This document shows positions 35,250 through 45,278 of a stretch of 59,512 nt of DNA, piece after piece (the stretch's first letter is position 1; each line of letters begins with the position of its first letter). The notes under the pieces were generated by a model. It was not told the DNA's origin. It saw nothing but the letters and a program-made list of their open reading frames with translations, and searched no databases. Made by a program: the position numbers and the translations under genes. The stretch is from assembly GCA_910586865.1 (NCBI GenBank), contig CAJUIY010000003.1, positions 1 to 59,512 on the forward strand. The letters are read 5' to 3'. Source of the stretch: an uncultured Bacilli bacterium (GTDB taxonomy: Bacteria; Bacillota_I; Bacilli_A; RF39; UBA660).

Positions 35250-35387
35250 TTCCTCACCCTCTTATATTCATTCTAACATTAAATCTTAGCGAAAACAAGG
35301 AAAAAGAAATTTTACTTCGACAAAAACTGCTTTCTTTTCTTCTTCTTTTGTGATATGATTATAGCTAACTAAAAGAGGTGGTGTGTT

Positions 35388-36539
35388 ATGGCTGTTGGAC
35401 TCATTGCGGAATATAATCCCTTTCATAATGGGCATCTGTATCAACTAAACAAAATAAAAGAACAGTTTCCAAATGAAGAAATTATCTTAGTTTTGAGTGG
35501 TAACTTTACGCAACGAGGGGAAGTTTCCCTCCTAAATAAGTGGAAAAAGAGTGAAGTTGCCCTAAAGGCTGGAGTAGATTTAGTAGTCGAACTACCTTTT
35601 ATCTTCGCAACACAATCGGCTGATTTATTTAGTTATGGTGCCGTTACCCTATTAGAAAAATTGAAAGTGAATCACTTAGTGTTTGGAAGTGAATCAAATT
35701 GTTTAGAAGAGTTAGAAATCATTGCCAAATGCCAGATAGAAAATGAGGAATTTGAAAAATTAGTAAAAATATATTCTAAATTTGGTCATAACTATCCTAC
35801 CGCAATTTCAAATGCAATATACGATTTAACTGAGAAAAAAGTTAATACCCCAAATGATTTATTAGGCATCAGTTATATCAAAACTATTTTAAAAAATAAT
35901 TATAGGATAAAACCATTCTGCATCAAAAGAACTACGGATTATCACGATAAAACAATACATAGTCTTTCTAGTGCTACTGCCATTCGAAAAGCTTTAAAGG
36001 AAGGAAAAAAGATAAAAGATACCGTTCCTGATTTTGTTCTTCCCTATCTTCAACCATTCCATTTTATAGAAGATTATTTTGACGTATTGAAATATAAGAT
36101 TCTAACGGATAGTGACTTATCTATCTATCAAACTGTAGATGAAGGAATTGAAAATAAATTAAAAAAAGAAATCCCTAGTTGTCATAGTTATCAGGAACTA
36201 ATGGATAGAATAAAAACCAAAAGATACACTTATAACAAAATCTCTAGAATGTTATTACATATTTTAGTAGGATTCAAAAAAGAGTTTGCAAAAGAAAATA
36301 GAAAAATCGAATATATTAGAATCTTAGGATTTAATAATAAGGGAAGAAGTTATCTAAATCGAGTAAAAAAAGAGATTGATATCAAAGTATTGAGTAAATT
36401 TGAAAGAAATTATTCAGAAATGTTAGATTTTGAGTTATATACAACTAGCATATATGACTTAATAAAGAAAGAAAACTTAACAGAAGAAGAATATAAGAAT
36501 CATTTAGGAGGAATAGAAAATGAAAAGAATGAAAAATAG
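35388..36539 (+). CDS. tmcAL: tRNA(Met) cytidine acetate ligase (YlbM/UPF0348 nucleotidyltransferase)
   Basis: N-terminal GLIAEYNPFHNGHLYQL motif. Size and position next to yceD-rpmF match the Bacillus ylbM-ylbN arrangement. Confidence 0.8.
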   Translation: MAVGLIAEYNPFHNGHLYQLNKIKEQFPNEEIILVLSGNFTQRGEVSLLNKWKKSEVALKAGVDLVVELPFIFATQSADLFSYGAVTLLEKLKVNHLVFGSESNCLEELEIIAKCQIENEEFEKLVKIYSKFGHNYPTAISNAIYDLTEKKVNTPNDLLGISYIKTILKNNYRIKPFCIKRTTDYHDKTIHSLSSATAIRKALKEGKKIKDTVPDFVLPYLQPFHFIEDYFDVLKYKILTDSDLSIYQTVDEGIENKLKKEIPSCHSYQELMDRIKTKRYTYNKISRMLLHILVGFKKEFAKENRKIEYIRILGFNNKGRSYLNRVKKEIDIKVLSKFERNYSEMLDFELYTTSIYDLIKKENLTEEEYKNHLGGIENEKNEK

Positions 36540-37179
36540 AGGACAACTAATTGTAATATCTGGTCCTAGTGGATGCGGTAAGGGAAGCGTAATTGAGAAA
36601 TTATTAGAAAGTACCGATTTAAATCTATGGTTATCGCTTTCAACAACATCTAGACAAATAAGAGACAATGATATTCCAGGAAAAACATACAATTTTGTTA
36701 CGAAAGAAGAGTTTGAGAAAAAAATAGAAGAAGATTACTTTTTAGAATATGCAGAATATTCTGGTAATTATTATGGTACTCCTAAAAGTACTATCGAAGA
36801 AAAGCTAGAAAATGGAATTGATGTCATATTAGAGATTGAAATTCAAGGTGCTTTAAAAATAAAAGAAATTAGAAAAGATGCTCTATTTATATTTATTCTA
36901 CCACCAAGTATGAGAGAATTAAAAAGAAGATTGGAAGGAAGAAATACAGAGACAAAAGAAAAAATATTGAAAAGATTTAAAACTGCCTATCGTGAAATCA
37001 ACGAAGTAACTAAATATAACTATGTTGTCATCAATGATGAAATGGAAGAAGCTTCTAAAAAAATCAATTCTATTATCGAAGCTGAAAAATGCCGTGTTGA
37101 TAGAATTGAGGAAACCTATCTTAATTCATTAGAAGAAGAAATCCATGAGATATTATTAGAAGACAATGAAACAATATAA
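36520..37179 (+). CDS. gmk: guanylate kinase
   Basis: P-loop GPSGCGKGS, TTSRQIRDNDIPGKTYNFV, YYGTP. Confidence 0.9.
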   Translation: MKRMKNRGQLIVISGPSGCGKGSVIEKLLESTDLNLWLSLSTTSRQIRDNDIPGKTYNFVTKEEFEKKIEEDYFLEYAEYSGNYYGTPKSTIEEKLENGIDVILEIEIQGALKIKEIRKDALFIFILPPSMRELKRRLEGRNTETKEKILKRFKTAYREINEVTKYNYVVINDEMEEASKKINSIIEAEKCRVDRIEETYLNSLEEEIHEILLEDNETI

Positions 37180-37207
37180 AAAGATGGAGAAAGCTCTCCA
37201 TCTTTTT
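37178..37207. terminator. bidirectional terminator between gmk and pyk
   Basis: AAAAGATGGAGA-AAGC-TCTCCATCTTTTT: perfect stem with A/T runs on both sides. Confidence 0.65.
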
Positions 37208-38621
37208 AGTCGATTACTTCAATCTTCATTAAGTTTGTCGTTCTCTTGTTATCCGTATTAGGGAATCCTCCTGTAAGAATCACCTTATCTCCTTTATTTA
37301 AATCCACAAATTCTTTTGCACACTCTACACTACGTTCTAATACTTCATCTGTTGAGTTACAAACATCTAATTTTTTAGAATATACTCCCCAGTTAAGAGC
37401 AAGCCTTCTACCCGTTTTTTCATCAGGACATAGAGCTAAGATTGGTGCCTTTGGTTTTAAGTTACTAATAATAGCAGCTGTTCTACCACTAATTGTTGCT
37501 GCACAAACCAATTTGGCATCTAGTTTATTACAACTCTCCACCACATCTTCTGCAATCGCACATTGAATCGTATCTGCAGACATCTTTTCGGAAATATAAT
37601 TGAAAGAGGCATAACGTTCTGCTACTTCACAGATATCAGCCATTGCTTGAACGGTTTCCACTGGATGTTTTCCAATTGTGGTTTCTCCACTTAGCATAAC
37701 AGCATCGGTACCATCTAATACAGCATTAGCAATATCAGATGTTTCTGCTCTTTTTGGTCTAGCATTTTCCATCATTGTTTCAAGCATTTCGGTTGCTGTA
37801 ATAACAACTTTACCCATCTCACGACATATTTGAATCATTAATTTTTGAGCATGTGGAACTTCTTCCGATGGAATCTCAGTACCTAAATCACCACGACCTA
37901 TCATTACTCCATCTGCTACAGTTAAGATATCTCTTAGATTGTCAATTCCTAATTGATTCTCAATCTTACAAATAATTTGTAAATCTTCACGATGATGTTG
38001 TTTTAGAAGTTCTTTAATTTCTAATACATTTTCTTTCGTAGATACAAACGAAATAGCAAGATATTCTCCACCGTGTTCGCAAGCATATTTAATATCTGCT
38101 CGATCTAAATCACTAACATAAGGAATATCTAGAGCTTTTCCTGGAACACTCATACTCTTGCGATTACCAAGAATTCCTCCGTTAATAATCCTACAAGAAA
38201 CTCCTCCTTCAGGATCTGTATCAACAACTTCTGAAGTCATTTTTCCATTTTCAAAAGAAACGATATCACCCACCTCAATAGAATCAAGAGCTTCAGGATG
38301 GTTCACTGTAATTCTATCTTGATTACCAACAATATCCTCTTTTACTAATTTTATAATATTTCCGGGAATTAATTCAATAGAATCTCCTTCTAGTACACCA
38401 TTACGAAACTCTGGTCCTTTGGTATCCCATAAGATAGCAACATTAATTCCTGTTCTTTTTCTAACCTCACGAACAGAAGCTGCTACTAATTCTCTTTCCT
38501 CTATTGTTGCATGTGTAAAGTTAACTCTTGCAACATTCATTCCTGCTAATGCCATTTTTTCCATCGTATCGGCATCATTACTAGCAGGTCCAATTGTACA
38601 AACAATTTTTGTTTTTTTCAT
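37206..38621 (-). CDS. pyk: pyruvate kinase
   Basis: MKKTKIVCTIGPAS...NFTHA..., MIGRGDLG, and overall collinearity with bacterial Pyk (471 aa, no PEP-utilizer extension). Confidence 0.95.
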   Translation of the reverse strand: MKKTKIVCTIGPASNDADTMEKMALAGMNVARVNFTHATIEERELVAASVREVRKRTGINVAILWDTKGPEFRNGVLEGDSIELIPGNIIKLVKEDIVGNQDRITVNHPEALDSIEVGDIVSFENGKMTSEVVDTDPEGGVSCRIINGGILGNRKSMSVPGKALDIPYVSDLDRADIKYACEHGGEYLAISFVSTKENVLEIKELLKQHHREDLQIICKIENQLGIDNLRDILTVADGVMIGRGDLGTEIPSEEVPHAQKLMIQICREMGKVVITATEMLETMMENARPKRAETSDIANAVLDGTDAVMLSGETTIGKHPVETVQAMADICEVAERYASFNYISEKMSADTIQCAIAEDVVESCNKLDAKLVCAATISGRTAAIISNLKPKAPILALCPDEKTGRRLALNWGVYSKKLDVCNSTDEVLERSVECAKEFVDLNKGDKVILTGGFPNTDNKRTTNLMKIEVID

Positions 38622-38690
38622 TTACTTCTCCTCCTTTAACCATACGTTGTTAATATATCATAAATGGTATCAAAACACAAACATTTTATG

Positions 38691-39512
38691 CTATTTTTGA
38701 CACTTTGGACAGTAATAAGTTGACCGCCCATTTATTTTTATCACTTGAATTTGAGTCTTACATTTTGGACATAACTCATCTTTTTTTCCATGTACTAACA
38801 ATTCTTGCTGAAAAAGCCCATGTACTCCCTCGCTAGAAGTAAAGCTTTTTATCGTCGTTCCACCAAATTCTATCGCACGATCTAACACTTCTCTTGTATT
38901 TTGGATAATAGTTCCACATTCTTTTTCCGTAATGGTATTTGATTTTCTGTTTGGATTAATTTTACTCAAATATAAAATTTCATCATCATAAATATTACCA
39001 ATTCCCGCAATAATGGATTGATCTAATAAACTTGTTTTAATAGGGACACTTTTCTTTTTTAACTTATCTTGCAAATAAGAACTAGTTAAATTACAATCAT
39101 TATACTCATAACCAATTTCCTTTAATGGTAATGTGGTTAAGTAATTATCTTTATCTAATAAATGCATCTTTCCAAATTTTCTAACATCGTGAAATCGCAT
39201 TTGACTATTGTCATCAAAAGTAAAAATGACATGTTCGTGTTTATTGATAGGATTTCCTTTAATACGAAAGAAAAACTTTCCTTCCATTCTTAAATGAATT
39301 AATAAAATCTTTTTTGTTAGATGAAATACAATCCACTTGCCTCTAGTAGTAATATCTTCTATTTTTTGATTTAGTAAACCTTCCCTAAATTCTTTTGGTG
39401 TTGGATTTTCAATTATATTGTCCCATAAGATTTCGACCTCTATTATCTTTTTCCCTATGATTTTTCTTTTCAATGATTTAACAACGGTTACTACTTCTGG
39501 TTTTTCAGGCAT
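38691..39512 (-). CDS. mutM: formamidopyrimidine-DNA glycosylase
   Basis: N-terminal MPEKPEV (catalytic Pro2), H2TH region, and a C-terminal zinc finger CPKC...CPKC. Confidence 0.9.
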   Translation of the reverse strand: MPEKPEVVTVVKSLKRKIIGKKIIEVEILWDNIIENPTPKEFREGLLNQKIEDITTRGKWIVFHLTKKILLIHLRMEGKFFFRIKGNPINKHEHVIFTFDDNSQMRFHDVRKFGKMHLLDKDNYLTTLPLKEIGYEYNDCNLTSSYLQDKLKKKSVPIKTSLLDQSIIAGIGNIYDDEILYLSKINPNRKSNTITEKECGTIIQNTREVLDRAIEFGGTTIKSFTSSEGVHGLFQQELLVHGKKDELCPKCKTQIQVIKINGRSTYYCPKCQK

Positions 39513-39531
39513 AATATGACCTCTTTTCTAA

Positions 39532-42162
39532 CTATTTTGCTTCATACCAATTATTACCATATTCTATTTCCACTTTTAGAGGAACACTTAACTGATAGGT
39601 GTTTTCCATCGTGTCTTTTACGATTTCCTTGACTTCTTCTAATTCGTCTTTTACTACATTAAACACTAATTCATCATGCACTTGAATTAACATTTTACTT
39701 TTTAATCCTCTTTTTTTGAATTCATCATATATTTCTACCATGGCTTTTTTCAAAATATCAGAAGCACTTCCTTGGATAGGAGTATTTAAAGCGATACGCT
39801 CTCCTCCGCTTCTTATCATATAATTTTTACTCTGTAATTCTTCTATCACTCTTTTTCGATTCATTATGGTTGTTACATAACCATTCTTATAAGCATCTTC
39901 TTTTTCTTGACTCATATATTCTTGAATTCCTGGATAAGTAGTTAAGTAATTATCAATAAACTCTTTTGCCGTTTTAATATCGACTCCTAAATCTTCGGAA
40001 AGTCCAAAACTACTAATTCCATATAATATTCCAAAGTTAACCGCTTTAGCCGTTCTTCTCATATCTTTTGTCACTTCTTCTATAGGAACATGAAAAATAT
40101 CAGAAGCAGTTTTGGTATGTATATCTATCCCCTTATTAAAGGCTTCTATTAAGTTATCTGCGTTGGATAATGCAGCAAAAATACGAAGCTCTACTTGTGA
40201 ATAATCACTAGACAAAAGATAAGAGTTGCTATCTGCAATGAAAGCAGAACGAATTAATTTTGAGTACTCTTGTGTTGCTGGAATGTTTTGTAAGTTGGGA
40301 TTAATACTAGATAATCTACCTGTTCTTGTCAAGGTCTGAGTAAATATGGTGTGAATTCTACCATCTTCTCTAATTTCATTAATAAGTCCCACAGCATAAT
40401 TACTATATAACTTTGTTAAAGTGCGATGTTCTAATACCTTAGAAATAATAGGATGAAAATCAATTACTTTATCTAGTATATCTTTGCTAGTTGAATAACT
40501 TTTTCCTTCTTTCAATTTCTTTGGATATGGAATACTAAGTTTTCTAAATAGAATATCACCTAATTGTTTTGGTGAATTAACATTAAATTCCTCACCTGCA
40601 TCTTGATAAATATCTTTTATTAACTGTTCTATTTTATCTTTTAATTCTTCCGCAATATGTTCTAAATAAGATTTATCAACGAATACTCCTGTCATCTCCA
40701 TATCTGCTAAAACTCTAGAAAGTGGCATTTCGATATCTTCAAATAAAGATAACTCATTATCTTCTTTTAATCTATTAAAAAGGTTGTCTTTTATTTCATA
40801 AATAAACTTTGCCTTTTCCATTACTTGCTTCTTTATAGTTTCGAAAGGAACATTTTTTCTTTTTTTCTCACTACCATAGGTATCTTCAAATAAAGCAATT
40901 GGATAGCCTAAAGAATTTGCTAAATACGCAATGTCATCATTTACGTTTTCATTTAATAAATAAGCAGCAATCATCACATCAAAACAAGTATTCTTTTCTT
41001 TTATAGATAAAGAATTTAAAACTACAATATTTTTTTTCAAATCATAAGTATATTTATTATACATAGAAGAAAAAATTTCTTTATACTCTTCTATTTTGTC
41101 TTTCTCTATAAAATATCCATACTCTCCATCATAAATACCAATCCCTAAGATATTTGCTTTACTATAGATAAACCCATCCATCTCAATATAATAAGCAAAT
41201 TCCTTTTTGTTAGAAAATTCTGAAATATCTTTTTCTGTTAACTCAAGAGTTGGGACAGTATCTATTTTTGGGCATTCCTCTTCTTTTTCTATTTCTCCCA
41301 CTTTACGTAAAAGAGATTTAAACTCTAGCTCTTTTAAAATGTCAATATATTCTTTTTGATTGATACCACCATATTTTAAATCTTCTAGAGTGAAATCAAG
41401 AGGAACATCTCGATAAATAGTAGCTAAGTCATAACTCATATAAGCATTTTCCTTATCATTTAATAATTTTTCTTTTGTCTTACCAGTAACCTCATCGATA
41501 TGGGCATAGAGATTATCCAAAGTTTGATATTTACTAAGTAAATTGATAGCTGTTTTTTCTCCAATTCCTTTTACTCCAGGAATATTATCGCTACTATCTC
41601 CCATCAACGCTTTTAAATCCACCATTCCTTTTGGCTCTACTTGATAGGTATTTCTGAATTCCTCTTTATCCATACGTATAAAACCAGTCATTTTTAATAA
41701 TTTTACATCCACTTCATCACTAATTAATTGTAATAAGTCTTTATCACTACTAACTATTGTAGCAATAAATTCATCCTCTAAGTCTACGATTTTCGCAACC
41801 GTACCAATGATATCATCCGCCTCATATTGATCAATTTCAAAGTGTTTAATCCCCATAGCATCCAACACTTCTTTTGCTTTCGGAAATTGTTGTTTTAACT
41901 CTTCAGGCATGGTAGCACGCCCCGCTTTATAAGTATCGTATTTATCATGTCGGAATGTCTTTCCTTTATCAAAAGCCACTAAAATATATTTAGGTTCTTC
42001 CTCTTTGATAATTTTTGATATCATATTGATAAATCCATATAAGGCATTCGTTGGAAATCCTTTCGAATTTCTCATAATAGTACCCTGATATGCAGTTGCA
42101 TAATAACTTCTAAATAATAGATTGTTTCCATCTACTAAAATAACTTTTTTCATACTTCTCAC
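39532..42162 (-). CDS. polA: DNA polymerase I
   Basis: 5'-nuclease domain (LVDGNNLLFRSYYA), and polymerase motifs (DYSQVELR, RRTAKAVNFGILYG, QVHDELV). The likely true start is ATG at 42153, preceded by AGGTGAG. Confidence 0.95.
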   Translation of the reverse strand: MRSMKKVILVDGNNLLFRSYYATAYQGTIMRNSKGFPTNALYGFINMISKIIKEEEPKYILVAFDKGKTFRHDKYDTYKAGRATMPEELKQQFPKAKEVLDAMGIKHFEIDQYEADDIIGTVAKIVDLEDEFIATIVSSDKDLLQLISDEVDVKLLKMTGFIRMDKEEFRNTYQVEPKGMVDLKALMGDSSDNIPGVKGIGEKTAINLLSKYQTLDNLYAHIDEVTGKTKEKLLNDKENAYMSYDLATIYRDVPLDFTLEDLKYGGINQKEYIDILKELEFKSLLRKVGEIEKEEECPKIDTVPTLELTEKDISEFSNKKEFAYYIEMDGFIYSKANILGIGIYDGEYGYFIEKDKIEEYKEIFSSMYNKYTYDLKKNIVVLNSLSIKEKNTCFDVMIAAYLLNENVNDDIAYLANSLGYPIALFEDTYGSEKKRKNVPFETIKKQVMEKAKFIYEIKDNLFNRLKEDNELSLFEDIEMPLSRVLADMEMTGVFVDKSYLEHIAEELKDKIEQLIKDIYQDAGEEFNVNSPKQLGDILFRKLSIPYPKKLKEGKSYSTSKDILDKVIDFHPIISKVLEHRTLTKLYSNYAVGLINEIREDGRIHTIFTQTLTRTGRLSSINPNLQNIPATQEYSKLIRSAFIADSNSYLLSSDYSQVELRIFAALSNADNLIEAFNKGIDIHTKTASDIFHVPIEEVTKDMRRTAKAVNFGILYGISSFGLSEDLGVDIKTAKEFIDNYLTTYPGIQEYMSQEKEDAYKNGYVTTIMNRKRVIEELQSKNYMIRSGGERIALNTPIQGSASDILKKAMVEIYDEFKKRGLKSKMLIQVHDELVFNVVKDELEEVKEIVKDTMENTYQLSVPLKVEIEYGNNWYEAK

Positions 42163-42191
42163 CTATTTCATTATACCATAAATTAGGATGA

Positions 42192-42347
42192 TTATCCTTT
42201 TAATTTTATCGATAAGGAAGAATTTGAATTTCTTAACTGATTACTAGCATCAATTTCTTGAATTCTACTACTTACAAGTAAGGTACATCCAATAGCAAAT
42301 AAATAGATAATAGAGATACAAATACCTCCTTTAATTATTTTAATCAT
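42192..42347 (-). CDS. unannotated 51-aa single-TM small protein divergent from lexA (candidate SOS-induced division inhibitor)
   Basis: Hand translation: MIKIIKGGICISIIYLFAIGCTLLVSSRIQEIDASNQLRNSNSSLSIKLKG. RBS AAAGGAG lies 9 nt upstream. Consensus promoter with a LexA-like box upstream. Below the ORF-track cutoff. Confidence 0.45.
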   Translation of the reverse strand: MIKIIKGGICISIIYLFAIGCTLLVSSRIQEIDASNQLRNSNSSLSIKLKG

Positions 42348-42377
42348 TCCACATTACTCCTTTCTTTTGTTAAATCT

Positions 42378-42406
42378 ATTATATATCATACAATTGTTCG
42401 TGTCAA
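42378..42406 (-). promoter_or_regulatory. consensus sigma-A promoter with a Cheo-type LexA box in the spacer
   Basis: On the minus strand: TTGACA (42406-42401), 17 nt, TATAAT (42383-42378). The spacer contains CGAACAATTGTATG (42400-42387), compared with the Firmicute LexA consensus CGAAC-N4-GTTCG. Confidence 0.5.
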
Positions 42407-42415
42407 TATCATTTT

Positions 42416-42454
42416 AAACATTTGTTTGACTTTTTTATCAATTAATGATACGAT
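42416..42454 (+). promoter_or_regulatory. lexA promoter with overlapping palindrome AAAC-N4-GTTT
   Basis: TTGACT (42426-42431), 17 nt, TGaTACGAT (-10 at 42449-42454). The perfect palindrome AAACATTTGTTT (42416-42427) overlaps the -35. Confidence 0.5.
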
Positions 42455-42475
42455 AAAGACATAAGGAGGTCAAGT

Positions 42476-43093
42476 ATGGAAAAACTCACGGAAAGACAAA
42501 AATTTATACTTGAAGTTTTAAAAAAACTACTTGCAAAAAATGGTTATCCGCCTACTGTTAGAGAAATTGGAGAACTCGCAGAATTACATTCCCCTGCAAC
42601 CATTCATTTTCATTTAAAAAAGTTAGAAGAAAAAGGATATATTAGAAAAGGAAGTAGCAAGAATAGAACCATAGAATTACTAGTTCCAAATGAATTTGTA
42701 GAAAAAGAAGAAGATGTGATATCTGTTCCATTACTTGGGAAAGTGACAGCAGGTACACCAATTGAAGCCATTGAAACACCAGATGAATATTTTAATTTAC
42801 CTTCTAACTTAGTTAGTAACAAAAAAGAAATATTTACTTTAAAAGTCAGTGGTGAAAGTATGATTAATGTTGGAATCTATGATAATGATATACTAATTGT
42901 AGAAAGACAAAATACAGCAAAAAACGGAGATACTGTGGTTGCTATGACGGAGAACAATGAAGCAACGGTTAAAACTTTTTATAAAGAAAATGGTTATTTT
43001 CGACTACAACCTGAAAATGATACGATGGATCCTATTATCTTAGATAATGTCACAATACTTGGTAAAGTAGTTGGCTTATATCGTAAATTTTAA
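42476..43093 (+). CDS. lexA: LexA repressor
   Basis: Winged-helix N-terminus (GYPPTVREIGE), cleavage-site region, and S24 peptidase catalytic motifs (SGESM ... VKTF). Confidence 0.95.
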   Translation: MEKLTERQKFILEVLKKLLAKNGYPPTVREIGELAELHSPATIHFHLKKLEEKGYIRKGSSKNRTIELLVPNEFVEKEEDVISVPLLGKVTAGTPIEAIETPDEYFNLPSNLVSNKKEIFTLKVSGESMINVGIYDNDILIVERQNTAKNGDTVVAMTENNEATVKTFYKENGYFRLQPENDTMDPIILDNVTILGKVVGLYRKF

Positions 43094-43098
43094 AGATA

Positions 43099-44244
<1,146 letters not shown>

Positions 44245-44290
44245 TCAATACCTCCCATCATCTTTTTTCTATTATACCACGCATCTATTC

Positions 44291-45166
44291 CTAAATCCTT
44301 CTTTTTAAGACGAAAGTTTTATCTTCTTTTCTTTCTTCTGTAAAACCAGCTTTATAAATGATTTTATTCGTAATCTTATCCGTTAAGCAATAATCAATCA
44401 ATCTTCTATGTTCTTCGTCTTCTTTGTCTATCTTGATAGTGATATTATCTTTTTCAAATCCAAAGAACAATTGATTTTCTAGAAATAAATAAAGTTGAAT
44501 TCTTTCAAATGGTCCCCGAACACATCCTAAATTGATTAAATAATCATTAGCGAATTCCATTCTTGCAACAAATAACCCTACTAAATCCTTCTTATCCATA
44601 TCAAAATATTGACTAACTGTATTACGATCTGTCATCTCTTTATGAAGAAGGGAAAAGAAATTATTTAAAGGAATATGATTGGGATAAACCGATAAGTTAT
44701 CATCGATTTTTTCTAGATAACTAGGAGATAATTTCATTAAGTTTGGATATTTTCTATTTAGAGTTTTATAATGAGGAATCACACCAAATTCAGTTGGCCT
44801 GAGTCCATATTGATTATGAAATAAATCACCTAATGGATTGAGATAAAATAAGCCCCTATCTCCTTCTACGATAACAACAAATAATGGTACTTTTGCACTA
44901 TTGGCTGCCGTCTTCCAAGCTTTTATTCCAAAACTTTCAAAAAGAGAAACATAAAAATCTGCTAGTGTGCTACAAACAATATGTCTTCCATTCTTAATAA
45001 AACCGCTTTGATATTGTTCGTACTTTTCTTCATCCGAAGCTAAAAAATATCCTAAATCTCTTTCGAAAAAAGGTGCTAACTTAACATATAAGTAACGAAC
45101 GATATAATCTTTTGGCCAAGATTTATCTACCTTATGAATGATTTCTAACATTTCTTCTGTTATCAT
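44291..45166 (-). CDS. hypothetical protein; weak resemblance to a transglutaminase-like cysteine-protease core (291 aa)
   Basis: The segment VCSTLADFYVSLFESFGIKAW resembles the Cys-helix of transglutaminase-like folds. No clear catalytic His follows. Confidence 0.45.
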   Translation of the reverse strand: MITEEMLEIIHKVDKSWPKDYIVRYLYVKLAPFFERDLGYFLASDEEKYEQYQSGFIKNGRHIVCSTLADFYVSLFESFGIKAWKTAANSAKVPLFVVIVEGDRGLFYLNPLGDLFHNQYGLRPTEFGVIPHYKTLNRKYPNLMKLSPSYLEKIDDNLSVYPNHIPLNNFFSLLHKEMTDRNTVSQYFDMDKKDLVGLFVARMEFANDYLINLGCVRGPFERIQLYLFLENQLFFGFEKDNITIKIDKEDEEHRRLIDYCLTDKITNKIIYKAGFTEERKEDKTFVLKRRI

Positions 45167-45278
45167 ATACTGCCTCCTATAAACTGGTAAAAGGATATTT
45201 TAAATACCAGTTATATAGTACACTTATTTTAGAAAAAGTCAAATGAAACCCAACCAAAATAGAAGAATGGTAGGAAAG

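Noticed and set aside
42170-42178. Extended -10 element TGgTATAAT just upstream of polA, as an independent polA promoter.
   Set aside because: A start site about 7 nt downstream would fall inside the polA RBS (AGGTGAG at 42164-42158). There is also no reasonable -35. It is probably a fortuitous AT-rich match.
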